Assembly (NCBI RefSeq): GCF_006345805.1
Contig: NC_043000.1
Coordinates: 111,848,001 to 111,912,000 of the forward strand
DNA length: 64,000 nucleotides
Origin: Octopus sinensis
Lineage: Eukaryota
Reading direction: 5' to 3'
In this document: positions 35,969-47,901 of the stretch, piece after piece
How the letters are laid out: each line of letters starts with the position of its first letter
How positions within the stretch are numbered: the first letter of the stretch is position 1
Notes under the pieces: model-generated
What the model was told of the DNA's origin: nothing
What the model saw: only the letters and a program-made list of their open reading frames with translations
Databases searched by the model: none
Translations under genes and position numbers: made by a program

Positions 35969-37943
35969 TATATATCATTGAGCTTGGACTTAACTTACAT
36001 TGTAATACTCAAAATATCAATGACATTACTCTCTGTTACTTTACTCTTTAAGACCCAGTAAGCTTGTTGCACAAAATTTGCCAGATCCTAATAAAAGCAG
36101 ATCCTGTTAGAAGGGAACCCAATATGAAAATTTTGTTTGTAAATTATAAAAACATCTGTGAATCATTTCTAACTGAATTAGTTTATAATTTAATGATTTC
36201 CAATTTCCCCCATTTTTGCTGTGGGCATGCACAGAGATTTGCATTGTGTGTAAAATTCGTCTTTATTTGCTCAGTATTGTGTACACCCATGTGAGTAAAC
36301 ATCATTCAAACGTTTTCATTTAAAAAAATCCAATTTCACTTTAAAAACCTGTGTGCACACTTTGTTTTCCTTTCTGGGTTGTTAAAATGAGTGCATGTGC
36401 ACAAGCACACAGCTTGAAGGGAACACTGATAGTTACCATTAAAAATTGGAATTTTCAAGTAGCAAATGGTTTAAATGCTTAAAAATACAGTACAACTCTG
36501 AAAAGCAGCATAATCTGCTACTTGTCTATCAATTTAGTAACCCAAGGTGACACCATGTTGTTGTTGTTGTAATAGGATCCCTTCAGTCAGCTCTGCTAGA
36601 TATGTGTAACACATTTGTAACACATGCAACATGCTTCCTGGGACCTTAATATAAACAATAGTGTCATTAATGATAGATTTCCTATCAGCCAACTGCAGTT
36701 CAATGCATTTTACAATGATGACTCTGATGATAAGCAAATGTTTTTGTGCAACAGACATGGTATTTTTTTATTGCACCAGTTTATGAGTAATTTTCTCCCT
36801 GTTCTACATATCTTTTTCCTAATATACACATGCAGGCATATGTACATACATATATACATCAAAAATCAATGGGAATTGTAGTTGTGATCCCTGTGCTGGT
36901 GGCACATAAAAAGCACCATCCAAACTTGGCCAATGCCAGTGCCACCTTGAGTGGCTTCCATGCCGGTGGCACGTAAAAAGCACCCACTACACTCATGGAG
37001 TGATTGGCGTTAGGAAGGGCATCCAGCTGTAGAAACTCTCCCAGATCAGACTGGAGCCTGGTGCAGCCTTCTGGCTTCCCAGACCCCGGTCAAACCGTCC
37101 AACCCATGCTAGCATGGAAAACGGACGTTAAACATTGATATACCAACCACTGTAGTGTATAAATTAAGGAGATGCATTCTCTCCCCAAAACCCCTGTTCA
37201 GCCCAAAATGCATTTCCAGTTTCATGCTTATTATTGAAGCTACAGGATACACTCCAACCTGCCTGGACTGAACTGGGTTGTTTGGGAGACAATGCATCTC
37301 CTTAATTTATACACAAGAAATGATCCTGATATTTAGAAGAATAATGACCAGCAAAATGTTTTTAAGATTTAAAAGATGATAAAGAAAAGATGCTTTCCTT
37401 TGCAACTTTACAACTAAGTTGGTGCCTTATCAAAAATTATTCTAAATTAAAAAGAAAAAATGAAAATATACATCATCATCATCATCATTTACCATCTGCC
37501 TTCCATGCTGGCATGGGTTGGATGGTTTAACAGTAGCTGGCCAGGCAGGAGCCTGCACCAGACTTCTGTGACTGTTTTGGCAGGATTTTTACAGCTGGAT
37601 GCCCTTCCTAACACAGGCGAGGTCAGTTTTGGCAAGGTTTTTACAGCAGGATGCCCTTCCAAATGCCAACCACTTTACAGTGTGGGCTGGATACTTTTTT
37701 ATGTGGCCCCTTCACTGACAGGGTCACCAAGTAACTTGCAAGACAAAAATCTTTTGAGAGGGGAGGGGGCATTGGTGGAGATGATCTTGTATCAGATGAT
37801 GAAAGGTTAAAGTGAGACAGAGAGACAGAAAGAGGTGTCTTGATGTAGAGGAGGTACATGGTTACCCGACCAGAGAGAGAGAGATCAGGAATGAAGACAG
37901 AAACAGGTGAAAACAGAACATGGGAAAAGAGAATGTCTTAAGC

Positions 37944-38125
37944 CGAGGGTCTCCAAAGTGGTCGATATCGGTCCCTAGCAGGCTCGATGTGACTATTCAA
38001 GGGGTTGCACATCTACTTAATTATTATTATTAATTATTTATTTTCTTGTACATGCCTGGAGGTCAATGAGGGGTCAAAGATTCCATTGAAGCAGGTCAAT
38101 GGTCTAAAAAGTTTGGGGACTCCTG
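37944..38125. mobile_element. hAT-like MITE
   Basis: Ends cgagggtctccaaag / gtttggggactcctg; flanking 8-mers tcttaagc / tttgaagc (6/8). Confidence 0.5.
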
Positions 38126-40525
38126 TTTGAAGCCATTCATGAAACCCAACCTCTTAAACACAAACCTGATCATTCCATACATGGCTTTATCTCTTTGCTT
38201 TATTATGTTTGCTATTTCTTTAATAATTAATCATTAATGCCATTGATGTTAATTGGGATTGTCAGATTTAGCAGTGTAATAGGGAGTTACCTCCCTTGAC
38301 TACGGGAGTCCTAATACCTCAGAAATTAACTTTGCCTTTCGACCTTTCAGAATCGCTAAAATAAAACACCAGTCAATTACCAGAGAAATTTGAGGCTTTG
38401 AATTTATGTTAGAAATTGATATTTAATTACACCCCTGTTTGTTCTGAGTTCAACTTATCTTTCATTTGATAGAATGAAGTATCCAACTAATGCTAGAGAT
38501 CGATATAATCATTTATATCTTGTGGTCTTGTGTGAATATTAGACATCAGTCTTTAATTAGATGTGAATGTTAATCTCTAGTCCTGTTCTCAGTTCAAACC
38601 CCATTGCAGTTAACAGTAAATGCCTGTGAAATTGGTGAATATCATAATAAACACAATTTGATTAGATAAACTGTAACTGCTGCCCCGTGCAGCTGTTGTT
38701 ATTGATTTCTGACATCCAGCACAAGGTCACACATTTTGGTGAGGGACTATAGTTGATTAAATCAACACTAGAAGGCATGAAAGGTAAAGCCAACCCTGGC
38801 TGGATTTGAACTCGGGATCTAAATAACATTTTGTTCAACGCTCTGCCATTTCTGACAATCTCCTGTCTTTTTTTTTTTTTTTTAATAATAATATAAATAA
38901 TTGTAACAGATTTGTTTTTATGTAAGAATTAAGCCGGAAATTTTTAGGTAAGTAGGAAGGAAGTGGGGTTAAGATGTTGTGATGTTCAGACCTTTCTTGA
39001 TGCCATTATAAATAACTTGGAACACTACGAACTGGAGAAATTTGCAACTTTCACCACAGGTTGGGTTCATCAAAAACTTCTACCTCATGGTACCTGCCTC
39101 TGTAATAATAATAGTGATAATAATAATAATAATATTATTAATAATAATAATGATAATGACTATGTTGATGACAATAAACATTATTATAATGTTAATAATT
39201 AAAATTATTATAATTATAATAATAAATTCAAAGTTTTTTTGTATTTAACAAATTGTAAATTTTTTTTTAGTTGTTCACATTTTATAAATAAATATTTTGA
39301 TGATTGTTCTAATTAATTATATTTTTTCATTCTGTAATTAATATTGTAATATTATATATTTGTTGTTAATGTGAACTCTGCAGAGATTTCAATTGTTCAA
39401 ACAAATGTCTTAGTTTATCACAAAACACACAAAGAAAACATTTAATTTCTGTTTTATTTACATAATGTTAAAAATATTTTGCAAAATTTTCCATATTTCA
39501 TCCAAGAATTTATAATTTATATGATTTTTTTTTTTTTGCTGTTATATTTTCAACAATTTCACAGCAATTTACTTCCAACATCCACAAATATTGATTTTTT
39601 TTTCTATTAAATATCAAAATTATATCAAAAAGTTTTTTTATAAAATACTTTGAAAATATTTTATTATTTTTGGAATTTTTTCATATTTCGTCTCAAAGTT
39701 TTGTAGAATTGCTTCAGCTAGCTTCCAGTAACAGTGTACAACTAATTGACAAGCACAGCCATGTTTGGTCCAGACTAATTTGTCAGCTTATAAACTACAA
39801 AATTGATGGCCTGAAAGAAAGTTAACAATTTGTCTGGGTCACTGTAACATCACAACTTATTATTATATTTATGTTATCATGTTTTTATTCTTGGCACAGC
39901 TCTTAGGCTATTAAACCAGTACTCTTAAATATGTCTGTCTCTAGTCAATGAAATAGCTACGTTAGCAGCAAGAGTGAAATAAAGCTCTGCCTCATGATGC
40001 ATTTTCTTCTCTTCTTCTTGTCTATATTTAATTCTTGGCATGCTAAAAGGAAATCCGTTAAAAAAAAAAATCTTTCAAACAAATTACAATCCTACAAGAA
40101 TTTATTGTTCTGATAATAAACAACTTTCTTTCCTTCTTCCTTACTTTCTCTCTCTCTCTCTCTCTCTCTCTCCTTCCCTCTTTCTCTCTTTCTTTCATTT
40201 CTTCACTTGACAATGGAATATTGCCACTTTTATTTCATTTCATCAAATCCACGACAATAAAAAACATTTGACTTACTTTCCAATTCGAGGTACGTCTGTG
40301 TCTATGTATGTGAGTGCATGAAGCTATTATGTACACACAAGTATTTGTGTACATACTTGTACACATTAAATGTATGTATAAATTCCCTGATCAAAGATAT
40401 CAGACATCTTCTTAAAAGACATTTTATTCATGCACACATACATTGATATATCTGCAGGGAGTTCACCAGCAATGGAAGTTTGTCACTGCTACAAAGTGTT
40501 GTGAAATGTTATTCTTTATTTTTAG

Positions 40526-40996
40526 CTCAGACAGTGGTGTACTCAAATGGACAATGGCCACATTCCTGCAGGTCTCCAAGATATGTTCCTCGCTCAATCT
40601 TCAACGTCAAAGTCAAATACTTCAGAATACACACCTGTCAACAGTAACTTACAGACTCCAAAGACTGTGCCTTGTGTTTCGGGGCCACCAAATAAGAATA
40701 TACCTCCCCTAAACCACACTGTATCTATACCTGAAGAGTTTCAAATTTCCCAAATGGTAATGCCCCACGAAGAGGTTAATTATATTAAGACAGAGAACTA
40801 CCACCATATGCAGCATCCACCTGTAACGTTTGCCAGCTCCAACTGCCTTATGTCATCCATTCCATGTACACCAGATTTTTGTACCAGCAGCTTCAACCAG
40901 CCTTATAACAAACATATGTACTGTAACCAGCAAATGTCTTTCCCTGTTCAGAATTTCAAATACCCTGCATTGCTTCCGACACATTTGGAACAATAA
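40526..40996 (+). CDS. CREBL2: CREBL2 last coding exon (156 aa + stop)
   Basis: Acceptor ttctttatttttag|CTC at 40526, phase 0, gives LRQWCTQMDNGHIP, which matches vertebrate CREBL2 YKQWCMAMDQGKIP at the equivalent exon junction. Frame stays open to TAA at 40994-40996. Spliced product 223 aa. Confidence 0.9.
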   Translation, partial: LRQWCTQMDNGHIPAGLQDMFLAQSSTSKSNTSEYTPVNSNLQTPKTVPCVSGPPNKNIPPLNHTVSIPEEFQISQMVMPHEEVNYIKTENYHHMQHPPVTFASSNCLMSSIPCTPDFCTSSFNQPYNKHMYCNQQMSFPVQNFKYPALLPTHLEQ

Positions 40997-41116
40997 GTTT
41001 TGCAAAAGTTTACTATGACAAATACTCAGAGTTATTTTGAACGAAGTGAACTTAAAATTTTTGTGCCTTTATATGTATACATACATAGTATGTATGTATC
41101 TGTACTTTGTTATATA

Positions 41117-41218
<102 letters not shown>

Positions 41219-44090
41219 ATATATATACATGCATACGTATGTAAAGATTTTATATACTTGAAAAAGGAAAGGAAAAAATCTAAAACCTATGTAAACCAAA
41301 TTTTGTGAAATTGTATTTATTTCCTCAACACGTTTCATATTCTTTTATACAATATTTATTCATTGCAAAATAATTATTTTTCACTTTTTTTTTAACAAAA
41401 CAATAACATTTCAAACAAAACAAACAAAGCTTTAATTTTTGTCTTCATAAAATGGTGTCAAAAGAAGATGGATATAATTGAACTGTACAGATCTTGTTAT
41501 TCAAAATCATGGACATTGGAAATTTTGGAAGATCTGTTATAAAAATTTGACTGGCATTTCATAACCAACTCTTGAAGTAATCATTGTATCTTCAAAAAAA
41601 AAAAGACTTGAATATTTAAAAATTTTTTTTTTGTATTTATTATTTTTTTTCTTAAATCTCCAGAATTGACCTGAATCATAAAAGACTCTTTTAATTCTGA
41701 TGAAGCCAATTCTTGAGTTATTTTGAAAATAATCTCCAATTAATATAAAGAAGTTTCCTAATTCTTATACAGGCTTCAGCAATTATGTTCTAGACTATTA
41801 AACTTCCCAGTGAAGCTTGATTGTCTGTGGATCAAGGTAGTTCCATGGGTAGGTTACCCCCACTACCTCTTCTATCTGTGATGGAAACAAACCCCTAAAA
41901 TTCACTCCTTATTTTCCCATATATTTTTCTTTTTGTCTCTTGAAGAAGAAAGCATATCTTAAAAGTCTATGGCTGCATCAGAAACATCCTTTAATTGTTG
42001 GTCACTTTCAGACTTTGAAGTAGAATTTTTTGATAGAATCACAAGAAAAAGAAGAATTTCAATTCTATATTCTGTTTAATATAATCCCTGGCCTGCAGCC
42101 TTTTAGCACTGTTAACCAGTGTTACTAGAGCTTCCACAGTTTTCTCAGAAGACTTCTTGTTCAACTGAGAATTCATTCTGTTTTGTGATGCTTCAAATAA
42201 AGATCCTGATGAAACGGACTTCTTCAAAGAATGACAGTTCCCAGCATTTTATTAAGTTTTAATAATTCCAGATACAAGCAGAGTCCTTGCTTGTGTATCT
42301 GAGATTGGCAGCTGATTGGTTGAGTCTAGGATTGCAAGTAGATTACTTGAATTAAATTTGAAACAACTACTAGATAGATTGCTTGCACCAGCGATTGCAG
42401 CCAGATTGCTTGCATCTGCAATTGTAATTCAGAACCCCCCCCCCAAAAAAAGTTTAAAAAACATATTAGCTAATTTCTTTTTTAAACTTTAATGTTATTT
42501 TCAAATATCAAATAAAATTATAATTTGCATTATTTTTTAAAAATTAATAACAATAGCTAAGTGAGCAACAAATAATTTTTTTTCTTTTTAAATCTCAATT
42601 TTAAATTATTCAAGTAAAAAGGCAACATTATTGGACATAAGTTTCTTAATTTTGCCTTTCAGTTTGCTAGCTTATAATGCATTTTCTTTTGTATAAAACA
42701 CAATTATTATTGGTGGTAATACAGGATGGAAGAATTTTGTATAAACCATCCCCAGTCCACATAAACTTGGATAAGAAACTAACCCAAACCTAAGAATTTC
42801 GGTCATTTATTTTTTTAAACCCTGAGTCAGTCCCTACTCCATTACCAAATCATATTCCACCTCCGTCAGCACAAGACTACAAAACAAACTAAAATGTGAT
42901 ATTTCTTAAGTTTTTAAACTTAAAAGTTATTGTTAATTAAATTTCTATTTTATTTTTTTTATTTATTTTTTTTTTCTTCCAAAACAAAACATTGATGTCT
43001 TCATTAAAGACATTAAATGGGGCACTTGCAAAAAAAAAGAAAACTGAATTTAATAAAAAAAAAGACTTTTGTAAAAAAAAAAAAGTAATGAAAAACAGAA
43101 ATTAAAAAAAAAATTATTGAATGCATAAAATAATATTTAATATTGGTAAAATATTTAATATAAATGATTATCTAAAAAAAATGTAAAAAAATATATATCA
43201 TACATTTACTGAAAATTATATTTTTATTTTCTCTTGTGTATATCAGAAGTACCATTGTCTACACACACACAACACAACACACACACACACACATACGTAT
43301 ATCAGGCACATATTTACATACATGCAACAGCACACACATATATATACATATACATACACACACATCTGAGATTACTTACACTCATTCATACTTCCTGATA
43401 CACACACATACACACATATATAAAACTAATGTAACAAATACCTCTTTGACTGATGATGATGGTGAGGAGGAGGAGGAGGAGGAGGAGGAGGAGAAGGTTG
43501 AGAAGGAAAAATAATCACCATCACAATGATGATGGTGATGATGGTGATATTTATTTTCTAATTAATTTTTTTTTTTATCAGTTCTTCAAAACGAAATGAT
43601 TTCGTCCTGTTTTCATAGGAAATGTTAATTTTATGTGTGTAGCAGGTGTGAATGTATGGTTAAGAAGTGTGCTTTACAACCATGCGGTTTTGAGTTCAGT
43701 CCCACTGTGCAGCACCTTCAGCAAATGTTTTCTACTATAGCACTGGGTCAACCAATGCATTATGAGTGGAAGCCTGTCATGTGTGTGTGTTTGTCCTACC
43801 CACCCACCACTTGTATTGGGTTTCTTTACATCCCTATAACTTAGCAGTTTGGCAAAACAGTGACTGATAAACCAAGTATCAGTCTAAAAAAAAATACTAT
43901 GTTTGATTTCTTTGACTAAAACCTTTTGGAGCAATGCCCCAGCATGGCCACAGTCCAGTGACTGAAATGAGTAAGAGAGATGAGAGGAAAGTTTCCAGGG
44001 TATATTTATGTGTGCGCTTGAGAGAGGAAAGAGAGAGGGTTTGATTGCGTGTTCAATGTAAAATATATATATATATATATATATATATAC

Positions 44091-44746
44091 GCGAGAAAGA
44101 AGCAACAAGAATGGATTGGTTTTTAGTACAATCGTTTCATACAAGGACAGGCTTTATTAAAAGTTGCAAAAATTACAGCATATAAACGTGTCCCGTACTC
44201 ATCAGCTAAAATACATGTGAGTTCTCTAGACATCCTAGTGGTTGAGGCTATACTCATGAAGTAATGTAGATAATTAAGTAACATAAACAGATTTCCAAAG
44301 TTCATTAAAGTTCTTTAAAGATGATGTACAGTCTTATCACAAAATTTTAAAAAAGTTTTAATAGCATCACAGAGAAGGTGACCTAATCCATAGTGCACAT
44401 ATGAATTTCCAGAGATATGAGGAGGGATTACATACTCACAGACGACAAATTTATCCATTGTTAATCACAACGAGGTGGGTCTCAATTCCTGCTTATTAGC
44501 ATTACAGAGAGGGTGAATTAATCCTTTGCATAGATGCACAATTTCCAATGGTGTAGATGTAAATTTCCAGAGAAATGAAGAGGAATTTCATATTCACAGG
44601 CGATAAATTTATCAATGGTTGAACACAATGAGGTAGGTATCAATTCTTGTTATATGATTAGGTATTTGCCACATTAATCACATTACTGCTATTTACAAGA
44701 GGCTGTAGCTATTTAACTTTTAAAGGCTGAAGGGCTTTCTAGAGAG
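44091..44746 (-). repeat. Left inverted arm (~656 bp) of the PLE
   Basis: Reverse complement of 46819-47473. By eye only about four differences (three substitutions, one 1-nt indel). Confidence 0.95.
44121..44211 (-). ncRNA. Type I hammerhead ribozyme (inverted copy)
   Basis: Exact reverse complement of 47353-47443 (tcatcag at 44199-44205). Confidence 0.85.
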
Positions 44747-45910
44747 AACCCTAAATTTAATAAAAAAGATATATTATGGCTGAATATTCCTTTCAACTGT
44801 GCGATACAATCGGATATACAGAACAAATTCAAAGTAATTCTGGAAAAAAATTTCCCTATCTCTCATAGATATCATAGAATTATTTCTAGGAAAACAGTTA
44901 GGATTTCTTATTCAACCCTCCCAAATATGTCCACTTTAATAGCTAAGATTAATAATAACAACATTAAACTAGCCAGGAAAGATAGAAATAAAAATAATAA
45001 TATCAGCATGAATACCAATAGCAATTATAATAATACTACCAACAATAAAAACAGCAATAGTAACTATCAAAACATAGGTGAAATTAGTAACCACAGAATG
45101 ACTAATAACATTAACATTAATAGTAATAAAAACAATGCCGATATTAATAGAAGTAATAATGTTAATAATAGAAATAATAGAAATAAGGCTAATGGAGAAA
45201 ATAAGGAGAATGAAAATATCAGTGATATCTATAACAACAATATGCAGTCGGATATAAAGACTAACAATAATAGTAACATTACCAATAATATAAGAAATCA
45301 TGGTAGGACTTTAGACCTAAATGATGAAACAGAAGGATCAATAAATAATAGCAATACTTTAGATATCAGCACCAACTATAGAAATATTAATAACAATAAG
45401 GACAATTATACTCATGATAATCAAAATAATAGGAACCTAAGACATCTACCCAAGAATAATCCAAAACCTGAAGTTGTTCCTCCTGTGTGTAAGTGTAGAA
45501 TAAAATCAAAATGCCCGGCACCTGGTCTATGCGGGGAAAATAATGTAATCTATAAATGTACCATATCCACGGAGAATAACAAATATTTTTACATTGGATG
45601 TACAATTAATTTTCTAGCCAGAGTTAGAAATCACATCTCGTCTTTTAAATTACGTCATAAAGCTGGTACCACCACACTTTCAAACAAAATCTGGGAACTC
45701 AAAAATAATAATAATAATTATAACCTTAATTGGGAAATAGTTAGGAGAGCAATTCCGTATAAAAATAGTAGGGTTGGTTGCCAACTATGCTCCATGGAGA
45801 CGTATGAAATTCTAAAGCATAGAAAACATAGAAACTTATTGAATAACCATATCGAACTAGGTCAAGTTTGTGTCCACGCTAAATTGAAGACTTTAAAATA
45901 TTTTAAATGA
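44747..45910 (+). CDS. C-terminal part of PLE polyprotein: post-RT region, Asn-rich linker, Cys knuckle, GIY-YIG endonuclease
   Basis: Frame is open from 44717 (upstream of the track ATG at 44927): KKDILWLNIPFN...KNFPISHRYHRIISRKTVRISYSTLPNM resembles the PLE post-RT motif WFNPP...HFP...KVSYSCMPNM. Then CKCRIKSKCPAPGLC, NNVIYKC...YFYIGCT (GIY/YIG), ARVRNH, CQLCSMETYEI, LLN, CVH. No RT core is present. Confidence 0.88.
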   Translation, partial: NPKFNKKDILWLNIPFNCAIQSDIQNKFKVILEKNFPISHRYHRIISRKTVRISYSTLPNMSTLIAKINNNNIKLARKDRNKNNNISMNTNSNYNNTTNNKNSNSNYQNIGEISNHRMTNNININSNKNNADINRSNNVNNRNNRNKANGENKENENISDIYNNNMQSDIKTNNNSNITNNIRNHGRTLDLNDETEGSINNSNTLDISTNYRNINNNKDNYTHDNQNNRNLRHLPKNNPKPEVVPPVCKCRIKSKCPAPGLCGENNVIYKCTISTENNKYFYIGCTINFLARVRNHISSFKLRHKAGTTTLSNKIWELKNNNNNYNLNWEIVRRAIPYKNSRVGCQLCSMETYEILKHRKHRNLLNNHIELGQVCVHAKLKTLKYFK

Positions 45911-46818
45911 TTAGAATATTCGTAACTAGATAGATAGATAGATATAACTTGATTTTTACTAGTATAGCACTGCTTTAAGTAGATAACTAAGAGTTCTCAC
46001 ACTACAGTTATCTTTTTCTTAGATCTGCATCAGTTTTTTGAGAACAGGGAAATGAATAGTACTTATACGCTGCTTAATTGAGGCTTTATTTAATTTCAAA
46101 CTCATAATTTTAAATCTTAATTGTAATTTTTAATTTTAATTCTTAACTTAATCTAATTTAAGTAGCATAACTTAATAAAATAAAATGAGTTACTAAAGCC
46201 CCATAATTCTATTTCAAAATTAAATAAATAAGGCTACTCCTCGGTGATAATATGATTATCTTCATTATGATAGACAATTCCCTAACACCTTGTAAATGAT
46301 CTTCTAAGATTTGACCTGTAGTCCGTCAATGTATGAATAATAACGGCAACTCCTTAAGACAATAAAATGAATAAATTAAATAAATAAATTTTAATGACTT
46401 TTTGATAAGATTATACTTAGATTTTCCTAATGTATTTTCTTTTGATTTTAGCCTCTGACCCCTAAACCCCTGACCGTGTTATCTCTTTAGATTCTCTTTA
46501 AATTCATAGCTGATTTCAACAGCAATAAATTAGCTGTTTTACTGGTCAAAGAATAATATTCTCCTCTAGTTCCTAGATGCCTGTAAATTAAAACCAGACT
46601 TGCCGTCTACTAATTCTTCTGTATAACTAGAACCCTCTTTTTTTCTTTTTCTTTTTTCCCTTCTTTCCCTATTTCTTTCTCTTTTCTCTTTTTCTTTTTC
46701 TTCTTCTTATTCTCTTTTTCCTTTTCTCTTCTCTTTTAGTCCCCCTCCCCCCCTTTTTTGCTCCCTCCTCCTTTATTTTCTCTCTTTTCTTCTCTTCCCT
46801 TCCTTTTCTGTTCTCTGC

Positions 46819-47473
46819 CTCTCTAGAAAGCCCTTCAGCCTTTAAAAGTTAAATAGCTACAGCCTCTTGTAAATAGCAGTAATGTGATTAATGTGGCAAA
46901 TACCTAATCATATAACAAGAATTGATACCTACCTCATTGTGTTCAACCATTGATAAATTTATCGCCTGTGAATATGAAATTCCTCTTCATTTCTCTGGAA
47001 ATTTACATCTACACCATTGGAAATTGTGCATCTATACAAGGATTAATTCACCCTCTCTGTAATGCTAATAAGCAGGAATTGAGACCCACCTCGTTGTGAT
47101 TAACAATGGATAAATTTGTCGTCTGTGAGTATGTAATCCCTCCTCATATCTCTGGAAATTCATATGTGCACTATGGATTAGGTCACCTTCTCTGTGATGC
47201 TATTAAAACTTTTTTAAAATTCTGTGATAAGACTGTACATCATCTTTAAAGAACTTTAATGAACTTTGGAAATCTGTTTATGTTACTTAATTATCTACAT
47301 TACTTCATGAGTATAGCCTCAACCACTAGGATGTCTAGAGAACTCACATGTATTTTAGCTGATGAGTACGGGACACGTTTATATGCTGTAATTTTTGCAA
47401 CTTTTAATAAAGCCTGTCCTTGTATGAAACGATTGTACTAAAAACCTATCCATTCTTGTTGCTTCTTTCTCGC
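46819..47473 (+). repeat. Right arm (pLTR, ~655 bp) of the PLE
   Basis: Inverted copy of 44091-44746. Contains a diverged ~157-bp tandem duplication (units start near 46931 and 47088) and the HHR. Confidence 0.95.
47353..47443 (+). ncRNA. Type I hammerhead ribozyme with long stem II
   Basis: TTTTAG-CTGATGA-[GTACGGGACA...TGTCCTTGTAT]-GAAAC-GATT-GTA-CTAAAA. Stem I is 6 bp (TTTTAG/CTAAAA), core is intact, stem III is 2 bp, GUA triplet, predicted cut after 47437. Confidence 0.85.
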
Positions 47474-47589
47474 TTATAATCACCCCACATTACTGTATTG
47501 TTAAAACAGTATAGTTTTTTTTGGTGCATCTAAGTTAGGTACCATATTCAAGTAAATTCATTTAAATTAACTTGAATCTTTATTGCTTT

Positions 47590-47901
<312 letters not shown>

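Larger units (their letters stand above)
44091..47589 (+). mobile_element. 5'-truncated Penelope-like retroelement (Neptune-like) with inverted pLTR copy at its 5' side, inserted in (TA)n
   Basis: GIY-YIG ORF, inverted arms 44091-44746 / 46819-47473, a hammerhead ribozyme in each arm, unduplicated 3' tail 47474-47589, (TA)n on both flanks. Confidence 0.88.

Noticed and set aside
38963-39110. ORF LRCCDVQTFLDAIINNLEHYELEKF... as an extra CREBL2 exon
   Set aside because: The flanking exons already join in frame at the conserved junction; no similarity recognised.
47108-47251. 47-codon ORF MDKFVVCEYVIPPH... in the pLTR tandem unit
   Set aside because: Differences from the sister unit are mostly non-synonymous and the sister is frameshifted, so there is no sign of coding constraint.
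47259-47441. Identical 60-aa ORF in both PLE arms (also 44123-44305)
   Set aside because: Identity follows from the inverted duplication; it overlaps the ribozyme and has no recognisable motif.
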